This document shows, in pieces, positions 20,154 through 30,468 of a DNA stretch of 64,000 bases (the stretch's first letter is position 1; every line of letters starts with the position of its first letter). The DNA comes from an uncultured Acidobacteriota bacterium (GTDB lineage Bacteria; Acidobacteriota; UBA6911). The stretch is from the NCBI GenBank assembly GCA_963809485.1, contig CAWEJX010000004.1, positions 160,001-224,000 of the forward strand, read 5' to 3'. Under the pieces are notes generated by a model, which had not been told where the DNA came from, searched no databases, and saw nothing but the letters and a program-made list of their open reading frames with translations. Made by a program: the position numbers and the translations under genes.

Positions 20154-22256
20154 CTATTTCAGGTTTTTCCGGAGGAAAGTGTAAGCCAGGGCATTCATGT
20201 GCGCCGTCTGCTCGTTGTTTGCTGAGCCGCTGTGACCCCCCTCGATGTTTTCGTAGTAGCGGGCGTCATAGCCGAGATCCTTCATCTTGGCCATCATCTT
20301 GCGCGCATGGCCGGGGTGAACCCGGTCATCGCGGGTGGAGGTGGTGAAGAGCACAGGCGGGTACTTTTCGCCCGCCTTCACATTCTGATAGGCTGAGAAC
20401 GTCCGGATGAAATCCCAATCTCCAGGCTTATCGGGATCCCCGTACTCGTCCATCCAGGAAGCACCCGCCAGCAGGTGTGAATACCTCTTCATATCCAGCA
20501 GCGGTGACTGGCAAACAACCGCGCCGAAAAGCTGCGGATAGAGCGTGACCATATTTCCCATTAGAAGGCCGCCGTTGCTGCCGCCTAATGCTCCCAGATG
20601 CCTTGGCACAGTCACCTTCCGGGCAAAAAGATCCTCTGCAACTGCGGCAAAATCCTCGTAGGCACGAAGGCGCTTCTCCCTCAGGGCGGCCTGATGCCAC
20701 CGGGGACCATACTCGCCGCCGCCCCGGATGTTAGCCACTGCATATACGCCTCCCTGGGTAAGCCAGGCCCGGCCGACTCCGGCGTTGTAGCTCGGGGTGA
20801 GGGCAATCTCGAAACCGCCATAGCCATAGAGCAAAGTGGGATTTGTGCCGTCCAACTTGAGTTCCCTCCGGGAAACCTGAAAGTATGGAATCCGCGTGCC
20901 GTCCTTGCTGGTCGCGAAGTGCTGACTGACCTCCAATCCTTGGGCATCGAAGAAAGCCGGTAACTTCTTCAGCTTCTCCGGGGTTTTTCCAATGATTCCA
21001 TAGAGCAGGGTGGTGGGCGTCAGGTAACCGCTGGTGGTCATAAAGAAAGCATCGCTCTCCTCCGAATCGACAGCGTTGGCGGATATGGTGGCGAAGCCCG
21101 GCGCGCCGCTCAGGGGCCCATGCTTCCAGTCTCCCTTTCCCGGTGTGAGTACCGTAAGCGTGTTCTTTACGTCCTCGAGCGTGTTTAAGATCAAGTGATG
21201 GCGGGTCCCGCTGACTCCCGCAAGAGAAGTTCGCGAAGTCGGCTCAAAGAGCACCGTGAACTCGCGCTCGCCTTTAGTGAATCCCTCAAAGCGGGCTGCG
21301 AGGAGCGATCCTGCGGTATAGGTCTTGCCGCCCACGGACCAGGGGCTGCGCAGTTCAATAAGGAACCATTCCCGATAGGGCGTGGCCTGAGCATCCTCGG
21401 GAATTTCCATTTTCTTGAGCTCTCCGTCCCTGGTCCTATAGAACAACTCCATCGTGTAGAACGTCGGCCTCCGGGAGATGAAGTGACGCTCGAAGCCCCG
21501 GGTGTCGTCAACGAATGCGCTCACCGACATGTCCGTGACCTTGCCTTCGAACACTACTGAGGCGGAAGACAAAAGAGTGCCGCGCTTCCAGAGCTTGACA
21601 ATACGCGGATATCCCGAGGTTGTCATGGATCCCGGACCAAAGTCCGTCTCGACGTAGACATGATCCTTATCGATCCAGGAAATTCCGCCTTTGGCCTCCG
21701 GGAGCTCGAAACCGCCCTTAACGAATGTGCGCGTTTTCAGGTCAAACTCGCGCGTCACACTGGCATCGGCTCCGCCCCGGGATAGATTTATCAATACGTG
21801 CTGGTAGCCGCCGACTTTGAGGATCTGTGCCCCCTGCCATACCCAGTTTTCTTTCTCGGCCGCCCCCAGGGCATCCAGATCGAGGAGAACATCCCACTTT
21901 GGGATTGCCTTCCGATATTCCTCCAGCGTGGTTCGACGCCAAAGGCCCCGAGGATTCTTCGCGTCGCGCCAGAAATTGTAATAGTAAGGACCATGCTTGC
22001 TGACAGAGGGTATGCGTTCATTTGAGTCCAGGATCTTCAGCAGGTCAGCCTTCAGTGCCGCGAAATCCGCGGTCTCGGCCAACTCCCTTCCGCTTTCCGC
22101 ATTGCGGGCTCTAACCCACTCCAGGGCTATATCGCCAGTGATCTCCTCAAGCCAGAGGTAAGGATCCTCCGGTGCAGAGAACGCCTTGCTCATCTGCCCA
22201 CAAATCGGCCAGGCCACCGCCAAAACAAGCGCCAGGATGCCGCATAGAAACCTCAT
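20154..22256 (-). CDS. Prolyl oligopeptidase (S9A), exported
   Basis: EDPYLWLE, LYGYGGF, NIRGGGEYG, GGSNGGLL, DDRVHP, EGGH. Confidence 0.93.
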   Translation of the reverse strand: MRFLCGILALVLAVAWPICGQMSKAFSAPEDPYLWLEEITGDIALEWVRARNAESGRELAETADFAALKADLLKILDSNERIPSVSKHGPYYYNFWRDAKNPRGLWRRTTLEEYRKAIPKWDVLLDLDALGAAEKENWVWQGAQILKVGGYQHVLINLSRGGADASVTREFDLKTRTFVKGGFELPEAKGGISWIDKDHVYVETDFGPGSMTTSGYPRIVKLWKRGTLLSSASVVFEGKVTDMSVSAFVDDTRGFERHFISRRPTFYTMELFYRTRDGELKKMEIPEDAQATPYREWFLIELRSPWSVGGKTYTAGSLLAARFEGFTKGEREFTVLFEPTSRTSLAGVSGTRHHLILNTLEDVKNTLTVLTPGKGDWKHGPLSGAPGFATISANAVDSEESDAFFMTTSGYLTPTTLLYGIIGKTPEKLKKLPAFFDAQGLEVSQHFATSKDGTRIPYFQVSRRELKLDGTNPTLLYGYGGFEIALTPSYNAGVGRAWLTQGGVYAVANIRGGGEYGPRWHQAALREKRLRAYEDFAAVAEDLFARKVTVPRHLGALGGSNGGLLMGNMVTLYPQLFGAVVCQSPLLDMKRYSHLLAGASWMDEYGDPDKPGDWDFIRTFSAYQNVKAGEKYPPVLFTTSTRDDRVHPGHARKMMAKMKDLGYDARYYENIEGGHSGSANNEQTAHMNALAYTFLRKNLK

Positions 22257-22328
22257 GGATATCCTCCCATAACATCCGGAATTTAGCGATAAAAGCGATA
22301 TCGATATGCCGCAGAGCAGCGGCACTTC

Positions 22329-22757
22329 CTAAATTCCCTTCTTCGATACCGTAATTGCGCCTACCTGGGTAAACAACGCCCGTGTGTCGGCGACATCCCA
22401 ATGCTCACAAAGCTTTCCGTCCCGGAGACGGAACATATCCACGACATCATATTTCACCTTGTTGCCCGTAGGTGGAAGGTCGAGAAAGCCTTTGCCGGTA
22501 TGGGTGCCCGTGATCGTGTTGTAAACGAAAACAAGATCGCCGTCGGCAACTATCTGGTTGATGGTCGCACATTGGTCCGGAATCGCGGCGAAAAAGCCCA
22601 CGTGAAATTCGATGAAGCCTGCCTTGCCCTGGTTGGCGTCGGGATTGTGCTGGATATAGTCGTCGTGCATATACCGCCCCACCGCATCCAGGTCGTGCTT
22701 TTGAAAAACCACTTCATAGAATTCCCGGACAACTTTTTTATTGTTTTCGGCACTCAT
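22329..22757 (-). CDS. SnoaL-like ester cyclase family protein
   Basis: YIQHNP, ADGDLV, GTHTG, PPTGNKV, EHWDV. Confidence 0.85.
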   Translation of the reverse strand: MSAENNKKVVREFYEVVFQKHDLDAVGRYMHDDYIQHNPDANQGKAGFIEFHVGFFAAIPDQCATINQIVADGDLVFVYNTITGTHTGKGFLDLPPTGNKVKYDVVDMFRLRDGKLCEHWDVADTRALFTQVGAITVSKKGI

Positions 22758-22852
22758 ATCGGTTCCTTCTTCAAGAGAGCCTGTTTTTGTTGTGTAACCC
22801 ACAATACCCCGAAGCGCCCCATCGACCGTTGTACACTGATTTTATAGTAATT

Positions 22853-22893
22853 GTCGGCGTTCATCGGCGCCTTTATCAGCGTACGTCGGCGTT
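22853..22893 (+). repeat. Four-unit TC(A/G)GCG phased array
   Basis: tcggcgttca tcggcgccttta tcagcgtacg tcggcgtt (10-12-10). Confidence 0.7.
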
Positions 22894-22954
22894 ATTGAGG
22901 ATCCCCTTTTCGCTGGCTGCCTCATCGCGGCTTGAAAATCCACCGGGCCGATCC

Positions 22955-24719
22955 CTAGGGGGATTTGGTCGAAGCCGATGCCTGGTACACTATTTCCCCA
23001 TTAATCATGGCCAGCTTAACCTGCGTCTGGTGTATTTGAGTGACTGGAATCCTGAACGGATTGCGGTCCAGCACCAGCAAATCGGCGAGCATGCCTTTCT
23101 CGATGCTGCCGGTTCGGCTGCGGTTGCCCATATGGCGTGCCGCGTTCACCGTAAACAAATCGAAAGCTTGCTGCAATGGGATTTTCTCCGCCTCGCCCAG
23201 AGCCTCACCACCGCCGCCCGGCTTCTGACGCGTAATCAGGGTTTCTATTGCAATCCATGGATTGACGGACGGCACTACATTCCAATCGGACCCAGCTACA
23301 ACCAGCGCGCCTGAGTCGATCGCTTCCTTAACCGGGGTCCACCGCTTCATGCGCTCTGCACCGACCGCTTTGGCTATATCGGGAATGATCGGGTTCGGGT
23401 ACCAGATGTAGGGAGACATCTCGAAAGTGGCCTGGATATTCCGGGCGCGGCCAAAATCGCTCAATTGCACGAAACTGTTGTGCCCGACGCTATGCAGGTT
23501 TCCGCTGAAGCCATTTGCTTTGCGCGCCGCCTCGATGGCGTCCAACCCTGCTCGCACCGCAGCGTCGCCCGCCGTGTGTATTTTCACTGTGAGCCCTCGC
23601 GCATCGAAACCAGTGACTGCTGCATTGAGCAGCTCGGGCTTTACCATCAGCAGCCCCTGTGCTCGGGCGTCATCCGAACCCGATGCGTCGGCATACGGTT
23701 CCACCATCGCCGCTGTGTGGCTGTCTGTTGGTACGCCATCGAGGATAATTTTGACGCAGTCCGGCTTGAAGCGGTCCCGTTCGTACAGATTCCGAAGATC
23801 TAAGGCATCGTTCGGCGAACCCTGATAGGAACCGGAATCGGCGGGGCTCCATAGGATGCATCCCCTGACCCGCTGCTTTAATACGCCTTGATCGGCGAGC
23901 CCCGCATAGGCTTTCAAGCTGTTTTCGTCGACAACCGCATCTGTGAAGGACGTAATCCCATAGGACAACATTTCCGACAGAGCCCAACTCAAGGCCCTGG
24001 TGCTCTCCTCGCCGGTGTAAGGAGGAACGGAGCTTCGCACGAGTCCGGCGGCAGACTCGCGCAGCACTCCGGTAGGTTCTCCTTTCTCGTCCCGTTCGAT
24101 GATCCCCCCGGGCGGATTCGGAGTCGTTGCGGTAATACCGGCAAGCTGCAGCGCTTTCGAGTTTGCCCATATGCTGTGTCCACTGATATCGGATAGCACC
24201 ACGGGATTATCAGGCGCCACTCTGTCCAGCAAAGATCGATGCAAACCCTCTTTGCCAAACGAAGCCGCATCCCATTGCCCGCCGCTAATCCATTCTCCCC
24301 GGGCGTGCTTGATAACGCAGCTCCTGACCGTATCAAGAATTTTCTGCGGCAGGGAACCTTGCGGGAAATTGCAGGCCAGCTGCTGCAATCCCCCGCTCAT
24401 AGGGTGCACATGCATGTCGTGCAGCCCCGGCACTACTGTGTCGCCGTGCAGATTTATGATCCGGGTCTGCGGCCCACGAAATTGCCGGACCGATTCATCA
24501 TTTCCCACGGCAATGATGACGCCCTTGCGCACAGCGAGCGCCTGCATCCAACCGCCAGGTGTGTAGATCTGGCCATTGCCGAGAATCAGATCCGCCGCCT
24601 CCCCGGTGGAGGCGCTTGCAGTCGCCGGACTGTTTCCGGGTTTGTGCCGGCATCGCAATCGTTCCTCCGGTCCACAGAACGATTGCCGTAATCGCGGCGA
24701 TATACCGGAAGCCATTCAT
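22955..24719 (-). CDS. Amidohydrolase 3 family, exported (frameshift ~24635 after the signal peptide)
   Basis: Signal MNGFRYIAAITAIVLW in one frame; VPGLHDMHVH, SGHSIWANS, KIILDG, HTAGD, AGSDW, GSIEKGMLAD in the next. Confidence 0.85.
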
Positions 24720-24785
24720 CGAGAACCTCCTTTGACAAAAGCAGCAATGTTTATGGAAACGGCAAACGAATCCGGCCATTGAAAT

Positions 24786-26507
24786 TCACAATATTATGCC
24801 CGGTCTGCATTCGCGGTCTCTGGAATTCAATGCATTGCGGTTCTGGCTTTTAGTCAGTTCAGTCTTTGCCATTTGGCCGTAAAGCTGTGCCTTTGCGTAA
24901 TATGTCATAGCATCGGCCCACAAGGCCATCTGCTTCTTCGCATCGGCCGAAAGACCCGCGAACGAGGATCTGTCCATGCCCTGAGCATAGGCCGCCATCG
25001 CCTGGTCGAGCTTGTCTTCAATACTCGCTGCAATTGCCGGCGTGAGGTAACCGGCCTTGGCATTCATGTCGTGTTCGAAGGAATCGCAGGCGTCCCAGTA
25101 CAGATCCAGTGCATCCTTATCCGCCTGCTTCACAACCGCTTTGGGATCGGTCGCCAGTTTGATTTTGACATATTCGCCGGTCGCGTAGGCCGGGATCCCC
25201 CGGCCGCTCGGGGTGCCCGTCTGCAGATAGGCAGTGAGATCCGCAGGGAAAAAGATCGCCTGGCTGACTGAAGTGTGGCTGTTGGAAATTTCCTGAACTC
25301 CGGGTTTATTGCGGTTCCACGCAGCCTTCCCCGAATCGTACCAGTCGCATGAGGCAAACAGGTTTTTGCCAAACGCAAAATTGACAGTGGCAGTGGGCGC
25401 TTCTTTCAGAAACTGGAAAAGTGTGTCATAGCGGGCATAGGTGCCGATTTCCGCCAGCCATTTCGGATTAAAAGCCTCAAGCGACTTGCCAACCAGGTGG
25501 TTTGTCTGGACCACAAATGGACCGGGTTCACCTCTTTCGCCGGGGTGGCTCAAGTGGAAGTGATCGGCGGTGCCTTCAAATACGGAGATATTCCCCGAAG
25601 AATCCGTCAGTGTGAAACCGCCGGTAACTCCGGCCTTGGGCGTAGATTTAAGATATTCGAGAGCCTCAGCAGGCGATGCGGTCAGTTGAGCCAGGTAATG
25701 GAAGTAAACCTCCGGCGCAACGCCCCAGACGGGATTATCGGACATGATGGCTGTCATGGTCCAGGCCAGGCCCTTGCTGTTCATTGCATAGTTCGAATTG
25801 ACTCTTCCCGCGTAGGTTTGACCCACAAAACTGGCTCCCCGGGCAGGAAATGCCAGAAGTATTACGTTGTTCATCGCTTCGGTCTCGGCCATGGAGGTTA
25901 TCCCGTGGATCGGCTTTCCGTCCGGCGTCATGGCCCCTGCTGCAGCGAAGGTATTGCAGGAATGAAAGCCGCTTCCTGATATGGCTGGGAGAGCAGCTTT
26001 GGGCGTTGAGATGCGGGTCTCAGCCGGATAAGGCGCTTTGGGTCTTGACCAGAGCTCCGTCGGATAAATCATGAGCATAATCAGGTCGAGGTAGCTCATC
26101 TCGTATCCCTTATTCCTGCATCCCTCCACAATACCGTGAAGCCATTCCCTGTAGACCGGGTTATGCCGGGTTAGGTAGTAGTCCCAGACCCGCATATCGC
26201 TCTCTGTTGTTTCCCGTCCCAGGCTGTCATAGAGGCGGCTCTTGAATATTGCGACATTATGCACGATTGCTGCGGCTGCCTGTTCGCCGTACTGAATGCC
26301 CATCTCGCGGTCGGTTCCGGAGACTGTCACAACCTGAGGGAACCCAGTGGACAGATAGGGTTGGGACGGGACCGCTGCGGCCCTTTCAGGACTCGATATT
26401 GCGCGGCTCTTTTGCGCGCTGCTCGAAAAACCGGTCATCCAAAACACGATTACACAAACAACAAGAACTACCCCCGATCTGTGCCAAATACGATGATTTG
26501 TGTGCAT
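24786..26507 (-). CDS. Peptidase C45-like (Ntn-hydrolase) exported protein
   Basis: SGTDREMGIQYGEQ, HSCNTFAAAG (putative catalytic Cys), MNSKGL, QTNH. Confidence 0.7.
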   Translation of the reverse strand: MHTNHRIWHRSGVVLVVCVIVFWMTGFSSSAQKSRAISSPERAAAVPSQPYLSTGFPQVVTVSGTDREMGIQYGEQAAAAIVHNVAIFKSRLYDSLGRETTESDMRVWDYYLTRHNPVYREWLHGIVEGCRNKGYEMSYLDLIMLMIYPTELWSRPKAPYPAETRISTPKAALPAISGSGFHSCNTFAAAGAMTPDGKPIHGITSMAETEAMNNVILLAFPARGASFVGQTYAGRVNSNYAMNSKGLAWTMTAIMSDNPVWGVAPEVYFHYLAQLTASPAEALEYLKSTPKAGVTGGFTLTDSSGNISVFEGTADHFHLSHPGERGEPGPFVVQTNHLVGKSLEAFNPKWLAEIGTYARYDTLFQFLKEAPTATVNFAFGKNLFASCDWYDSGKAAWNRNKPGVQEISNSHTSVSQAIFFPADLTAYLQTGTPSGRGIPAYATGEYVKIKLATDPKAVVKQADKDALDLYWDACDSFEHDMNAKAGYLTPAIAASIEDKLDQAMAAYAQGMDRSSFAGLSADAKKQMALWADAMTYYAKAQLYGQMAKTELTKSQNRNALNSRDRECRPGIIL

Positions 26508-26778
26508 TGCCGCCTTCCTCCCTTCCGGCCTGGATTTCCGACGATTATGGCACCTTTGCCAGGTTATTTCATTCCCGGAGACATATTCTTCTCACCCGCA
26601 GGGCTGTTGCCGGGATACCAGGAGCCTTGGAGTCATTGAGGCTCAATGGACCCGGCTCCAAGGCCCAATAATTTCGTGCCCAATGAGTTCTATTTTCGCT
26701 TGCGGTATGCAATGAAATGCCCTATATGTCAATTTAAATGCCCATAATTTATTTAGGTTCCCAATTGCGGAGGAAGAA

Positions 26779-28536
26779 ATGAAGAACAAGATACTGATTG
26801 GCAGTTCTCTGATCGTGCTTATTGCCTTGATTTGCATTGCGATAGCGCCGTCCGCGACAGGTCAGGCCGGCGCGGATAAGGAGTGCGAGGAACTGCTGTT
26901 AAATGTCCTGAATCCGTCGATTTCGACCAGGATGGTGGCGAGGGTTCCGCTCGCCCCCCGTGCCGACACCCTGGAAGGGAAAACCATCTATATGGTCGAC
27001 CTGCAATGGGGCGGGCCCGAAGCCGCGTACAGCGTTTTTGAGGAGATGCAGGGCTGGTTCGCCCGAAACATGCCTTCGGTTAAGACCGAGGTTCGAAGGT
27101 CCAAAGGAGGCTGGATGGGCGGCGATGATCCCGAACTCCGGAAGGAGATAATTGGAAAGAAGGCTGCCGGCGTTATCGTCGGGATCGGTGGCTGACATGG
27201 CTGCGTATCGGCCGTGAGCCGATTCGCCAGAAGACTTGAAGAAGAATCCAAAATACCCACCGTTGGCGCCTCCGGCATCAACGTTGTGAAATTCAAGGAT
27301 TACGAGCTTAAATACTCCAACGGCATGCCCATCCGTTATGTCGCGTTCCCTTTTCCCGTCGCGGGCCAGCCGAAATCCGTACACAAGGCCTATGTCGAAG
27401 GGAAAGATCTCCTGGGCGGGAAACCAATGATGCAGGCGATCATTGAAGCGCTTACAAAACCTCTTACCGATGAGGAAAAGAAAAGCGGAATTCCTCCGGA
27501 AGGGGCCCCGCAGCCGAGGCTGCTGAAGCCCGATACCGAGGCCAACCTGCAGCGTCTGTTCAAAGAAAAAGAGTGGACGGACTTTAATCCCATCATCCTG
27601 CCCACAGAGGAAAGAGTCGCCGCGATGCTCAAGGCGACCAGCCACAAGCCCAACGAGGCGGTGAGCAAAATGGGTTCGCGGGAATTGACCGTGGAAAAGG
27701 CGGCTGCTATTGCCGTCATGGCCGGCGCAAAACCCGAATATTTCCCGACCCTTCTCGCAGTTCTTACCCAGGCGGGGTCTTTCGGCAACTCCACAAGTTC
27801 CATGGCAAGCATGATCGTCGTGAACGGGCCGATCCGAAAGCAATTGGGAATGAATTCGGGAACCGGAGTGATGAGTCCCTATAGCGAGCCCAACTCGGTC
27901 ATAGGCAGGGCCTTCGCGCTGGCGGGCAAGATCATGGGGGACTTGCGTCTCAAGGAAACCGTCTATACGTCGATTGGCAACAATCTTCAATACAATAACG
28001 TGTGTATCGCGGAGAACGAGGAAGAGCTACCCCAGGGATGGGAGCCTCTCAGTGTGGAACTGGGCTACAAGCGGACGGACAATGTCGTCAGCATAGGCAC
28101 CGGATGGAGCTACATATCGAGTGTGGGTGAGGCCCAGCTGAACCATCCGCCCCATATGATGTTCCGGGACTACATGAGATCCCTCGCCGGAATGGGGGCT
28201 ACGATCATCATGGATCCGACCGTAGCCGGCCTGCTCAGGGACGCGCACGGCTTCAAGACAAAGGCCGAACTGAGTGAATGGCTGTCGAAGAATGTGGAAG
28301 TAGCCGCCGCCACCTATTGGGGGAACGGCGTCAACGCTACTGCAAGCTCGCCTATGGCGTTCCAGGGGCTGGAACCTTTCGCCACATGGAAAAAAGTCCC
28401 TCCTGAAACACTGATCAAGCCGTTCACGAATGCCAAAGCCATCCAGTTTGTGGTCGCAGGCGGAAAGATCCAGACCACCTGGTTTGCAACGGATTTCAGA
28501 CTCGGCCGGGGGATTTTGATCGACAGCTGGAAATAG
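26779..28536 (+). CDS. Exported UGSC-family selenoprotein (Sec at TGA 27193-27195, motif GG-U-HGC), 585 aa
   Basis: ORFs 26779-27195 and 27214-28536 are in the same frame, joined by TGA CAT GGC TGC; hairpin directly downstream; paralogous to 2-1042. Confidence 0.82.
27198..27229 (+). promoter_or_regulatory. Putative bacterial SECIS hairpin
   Basis: GCG-T-ATCGGC-[CGTGA]-GCCGAT-T-CGC stem-loop just 3' of the in-frame TGA, with outer TGGC/GCCA pairing. Confidence 0.7.
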
Positions 28537-28642
28537 CCAACCAGGCAGAGACTGTGCCCTTGGTATCCAGAGCAACAAAATCATCCTCCCCCGGGGAACG
28601 GGGCATTTTCCCCATCCTGATGCAAATGGGGGAAACAATTCC

Positions 28643-28713
28643 CTCACGCGGAGGCGCGGGGGGCGCGGAGTTAGGGAATGATTCTATCCGCGCCCCCCGC
28701 GCCTCCGCGTGAG
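28643..28713. repeat. Perfect 27-bp inverted repeat (REP-like hairpin, possible terminator)
   Basis: CTCACGCGGAGGCGCGGGGGGCGCGGA / TCCGCGCCCCCCGCGCCTCCGCGTGAG followed by TTCTTTTT. Confidence 0.75.
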
Positions 28714-28770
28714 TTCTTTTTAGGCTTCTGTTGTTCTGCAACGATATATCTGCAGCTTTTGGGAGTATAT

Positions 28771-30416
28771 ATGCCGCAAATCAGAAGGAAGCTGAGCCGG
28801 ACCGTGCTTTCTGGAATCATCCCAATATTTATCCTTTTAAGCGCTGCGCTAATTTTGCACACAGGCACAATCCCGGCGCGCGCCCAGGCTTTCGCGGACC
28901 TGAAAACGGCGCTGGTGGACTACTCGAAGGCGGATATGGAGCCCGGCAAGGATTGCGAGGCGTTGAGCGAGTTCAAGTCGAAGGAGATTGTGCAGATCAC
29001 GGCGGCAACAATACCCGCCACCGCCGCGGTGCCTGCCTACTGTCGCGTCACCGGTCTGCTCGATCCCGAGATCGCGTTCGAGGTGAGTCTGCCGGCCAAG
29101 TGGAACGGCCGCTTTTATATGATCGGCAACGGCGGCCACGCGGGCGAGGCGCTGGACGATGCCAGGCCGCGTCTCGCAGCGCAACGCATGCCTTGCAGGT
29201 CGGATTCGCCGTCGCGCAGACGAATACGGGCCACGACTCGCGCAAGGAGCCGGGCGCGACCTTTGTGCTGAGCAATCCGCAGAAGGCAATCGACTATGCC
29301 TACCGTGCGGTGCACCTCACGGCCACGACCGCCAAGGCACATCACGAAGGACTATTACGGCAAGCCGGTTTCCAACGCCTACTGGAACTCCTGCTCCAAC
29401 GGCGGGCGCCAGGGCCTGATCGAGGCGCAGCGCTTCCCGGAAGACTTCGACGGCATCGTGGCCAACGCGCCGTGGCTGGATCAGACGGGTTTCACGATCG
29501 GCGCAATGTGGAACCAGAAAGCGCTCAGCGAGGCGCCGGTCACGGCTGCCAAAATGGCGCTGGTGGCCGACAAAGTCATGGCTAAATGCGATGCGATCGA
29601 CGGACTCAAAGACGGATTGATCGACGATCCGCGCAAGTGCACCTTCGATCCGGCGCGCGACGTCCCGGCCTGCAGCGCGGACACGGATGGCGCAGACTGT
29701 CTCACCGCCGCCCAGGCAGCGGCAATCGCCAAGGTTTATGGCGGTCCGGTGAGCAACGGCAAGCCCTTCTTCCCCGGTTTCATGCCGGGCAGCGAAGCGG
29801 TGATGCCGAACCTGTTTCGGCGGCGGCACCGGCAGCGGGTGGATGAACATGATCGTGAGCGCGCAGCCGGATGGCAAGCCCGCGGATTTCGGCCTGGCGG
29901 AAAACACGATGCGTTATCTCGTGCACAAGCCGCCGAAACCGGATTACGATTACAAGACGTTCGACTTTCGACCGCGACATTCACATGCTGGACGACTGGA
30001 GCAAGCAGGCCGATGCGAAGAATCCGGACCTTTCGAAATTTCAAAAAGCGCGGCGGCAAGCTGCTCATGACCTATGGATGGGCGGACTCGATCCTGCAGC
30101 CGATGATGGGCGTGAATTACTACGAGCAGGCAGTGGCCAAGAACGGTCCGGATACGACCGATTTCTTCCGCCTGTTCATGGTGCCGGGCATGTCGCACTG
30201 CAGCGGCGGCATCGGTCCGGATCGCCACGATCCCGATGACGGCGATCATCAACTGGGTGGAAAAGGACAAAGCCCCGGACTCGATGCTGGCGAAGCCGCG
30301 TCGTGGACAACCAGGTGGTGCGCACACGCCCGTTGTGCCCATACCCGCAGGTGGCGCGCTACTCGGGCCAGGGCAGCATCGACGATGCCGCCAACTTCCG
30401 CTGCGTGGTGCCCTGA
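28771..30416 (+). CDS. Tannase/feruloyl esterase family hydrolase, exported (multiple frameshifts)
   Basis: WNGRFYMIGNGG, TNTGH, DYAYRAVH, CSNGGRQG, DFDGIVA, CDAIDGLKDG, GWAD, VPGMSHC, RPLCPYP spread over three frames. Confidence 0.82.
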
Positions 30417-30468
30417 TTTGGGGCCGCGAAATATTCACGGACACACCTCTTGGAACAGGAGAACTGCC

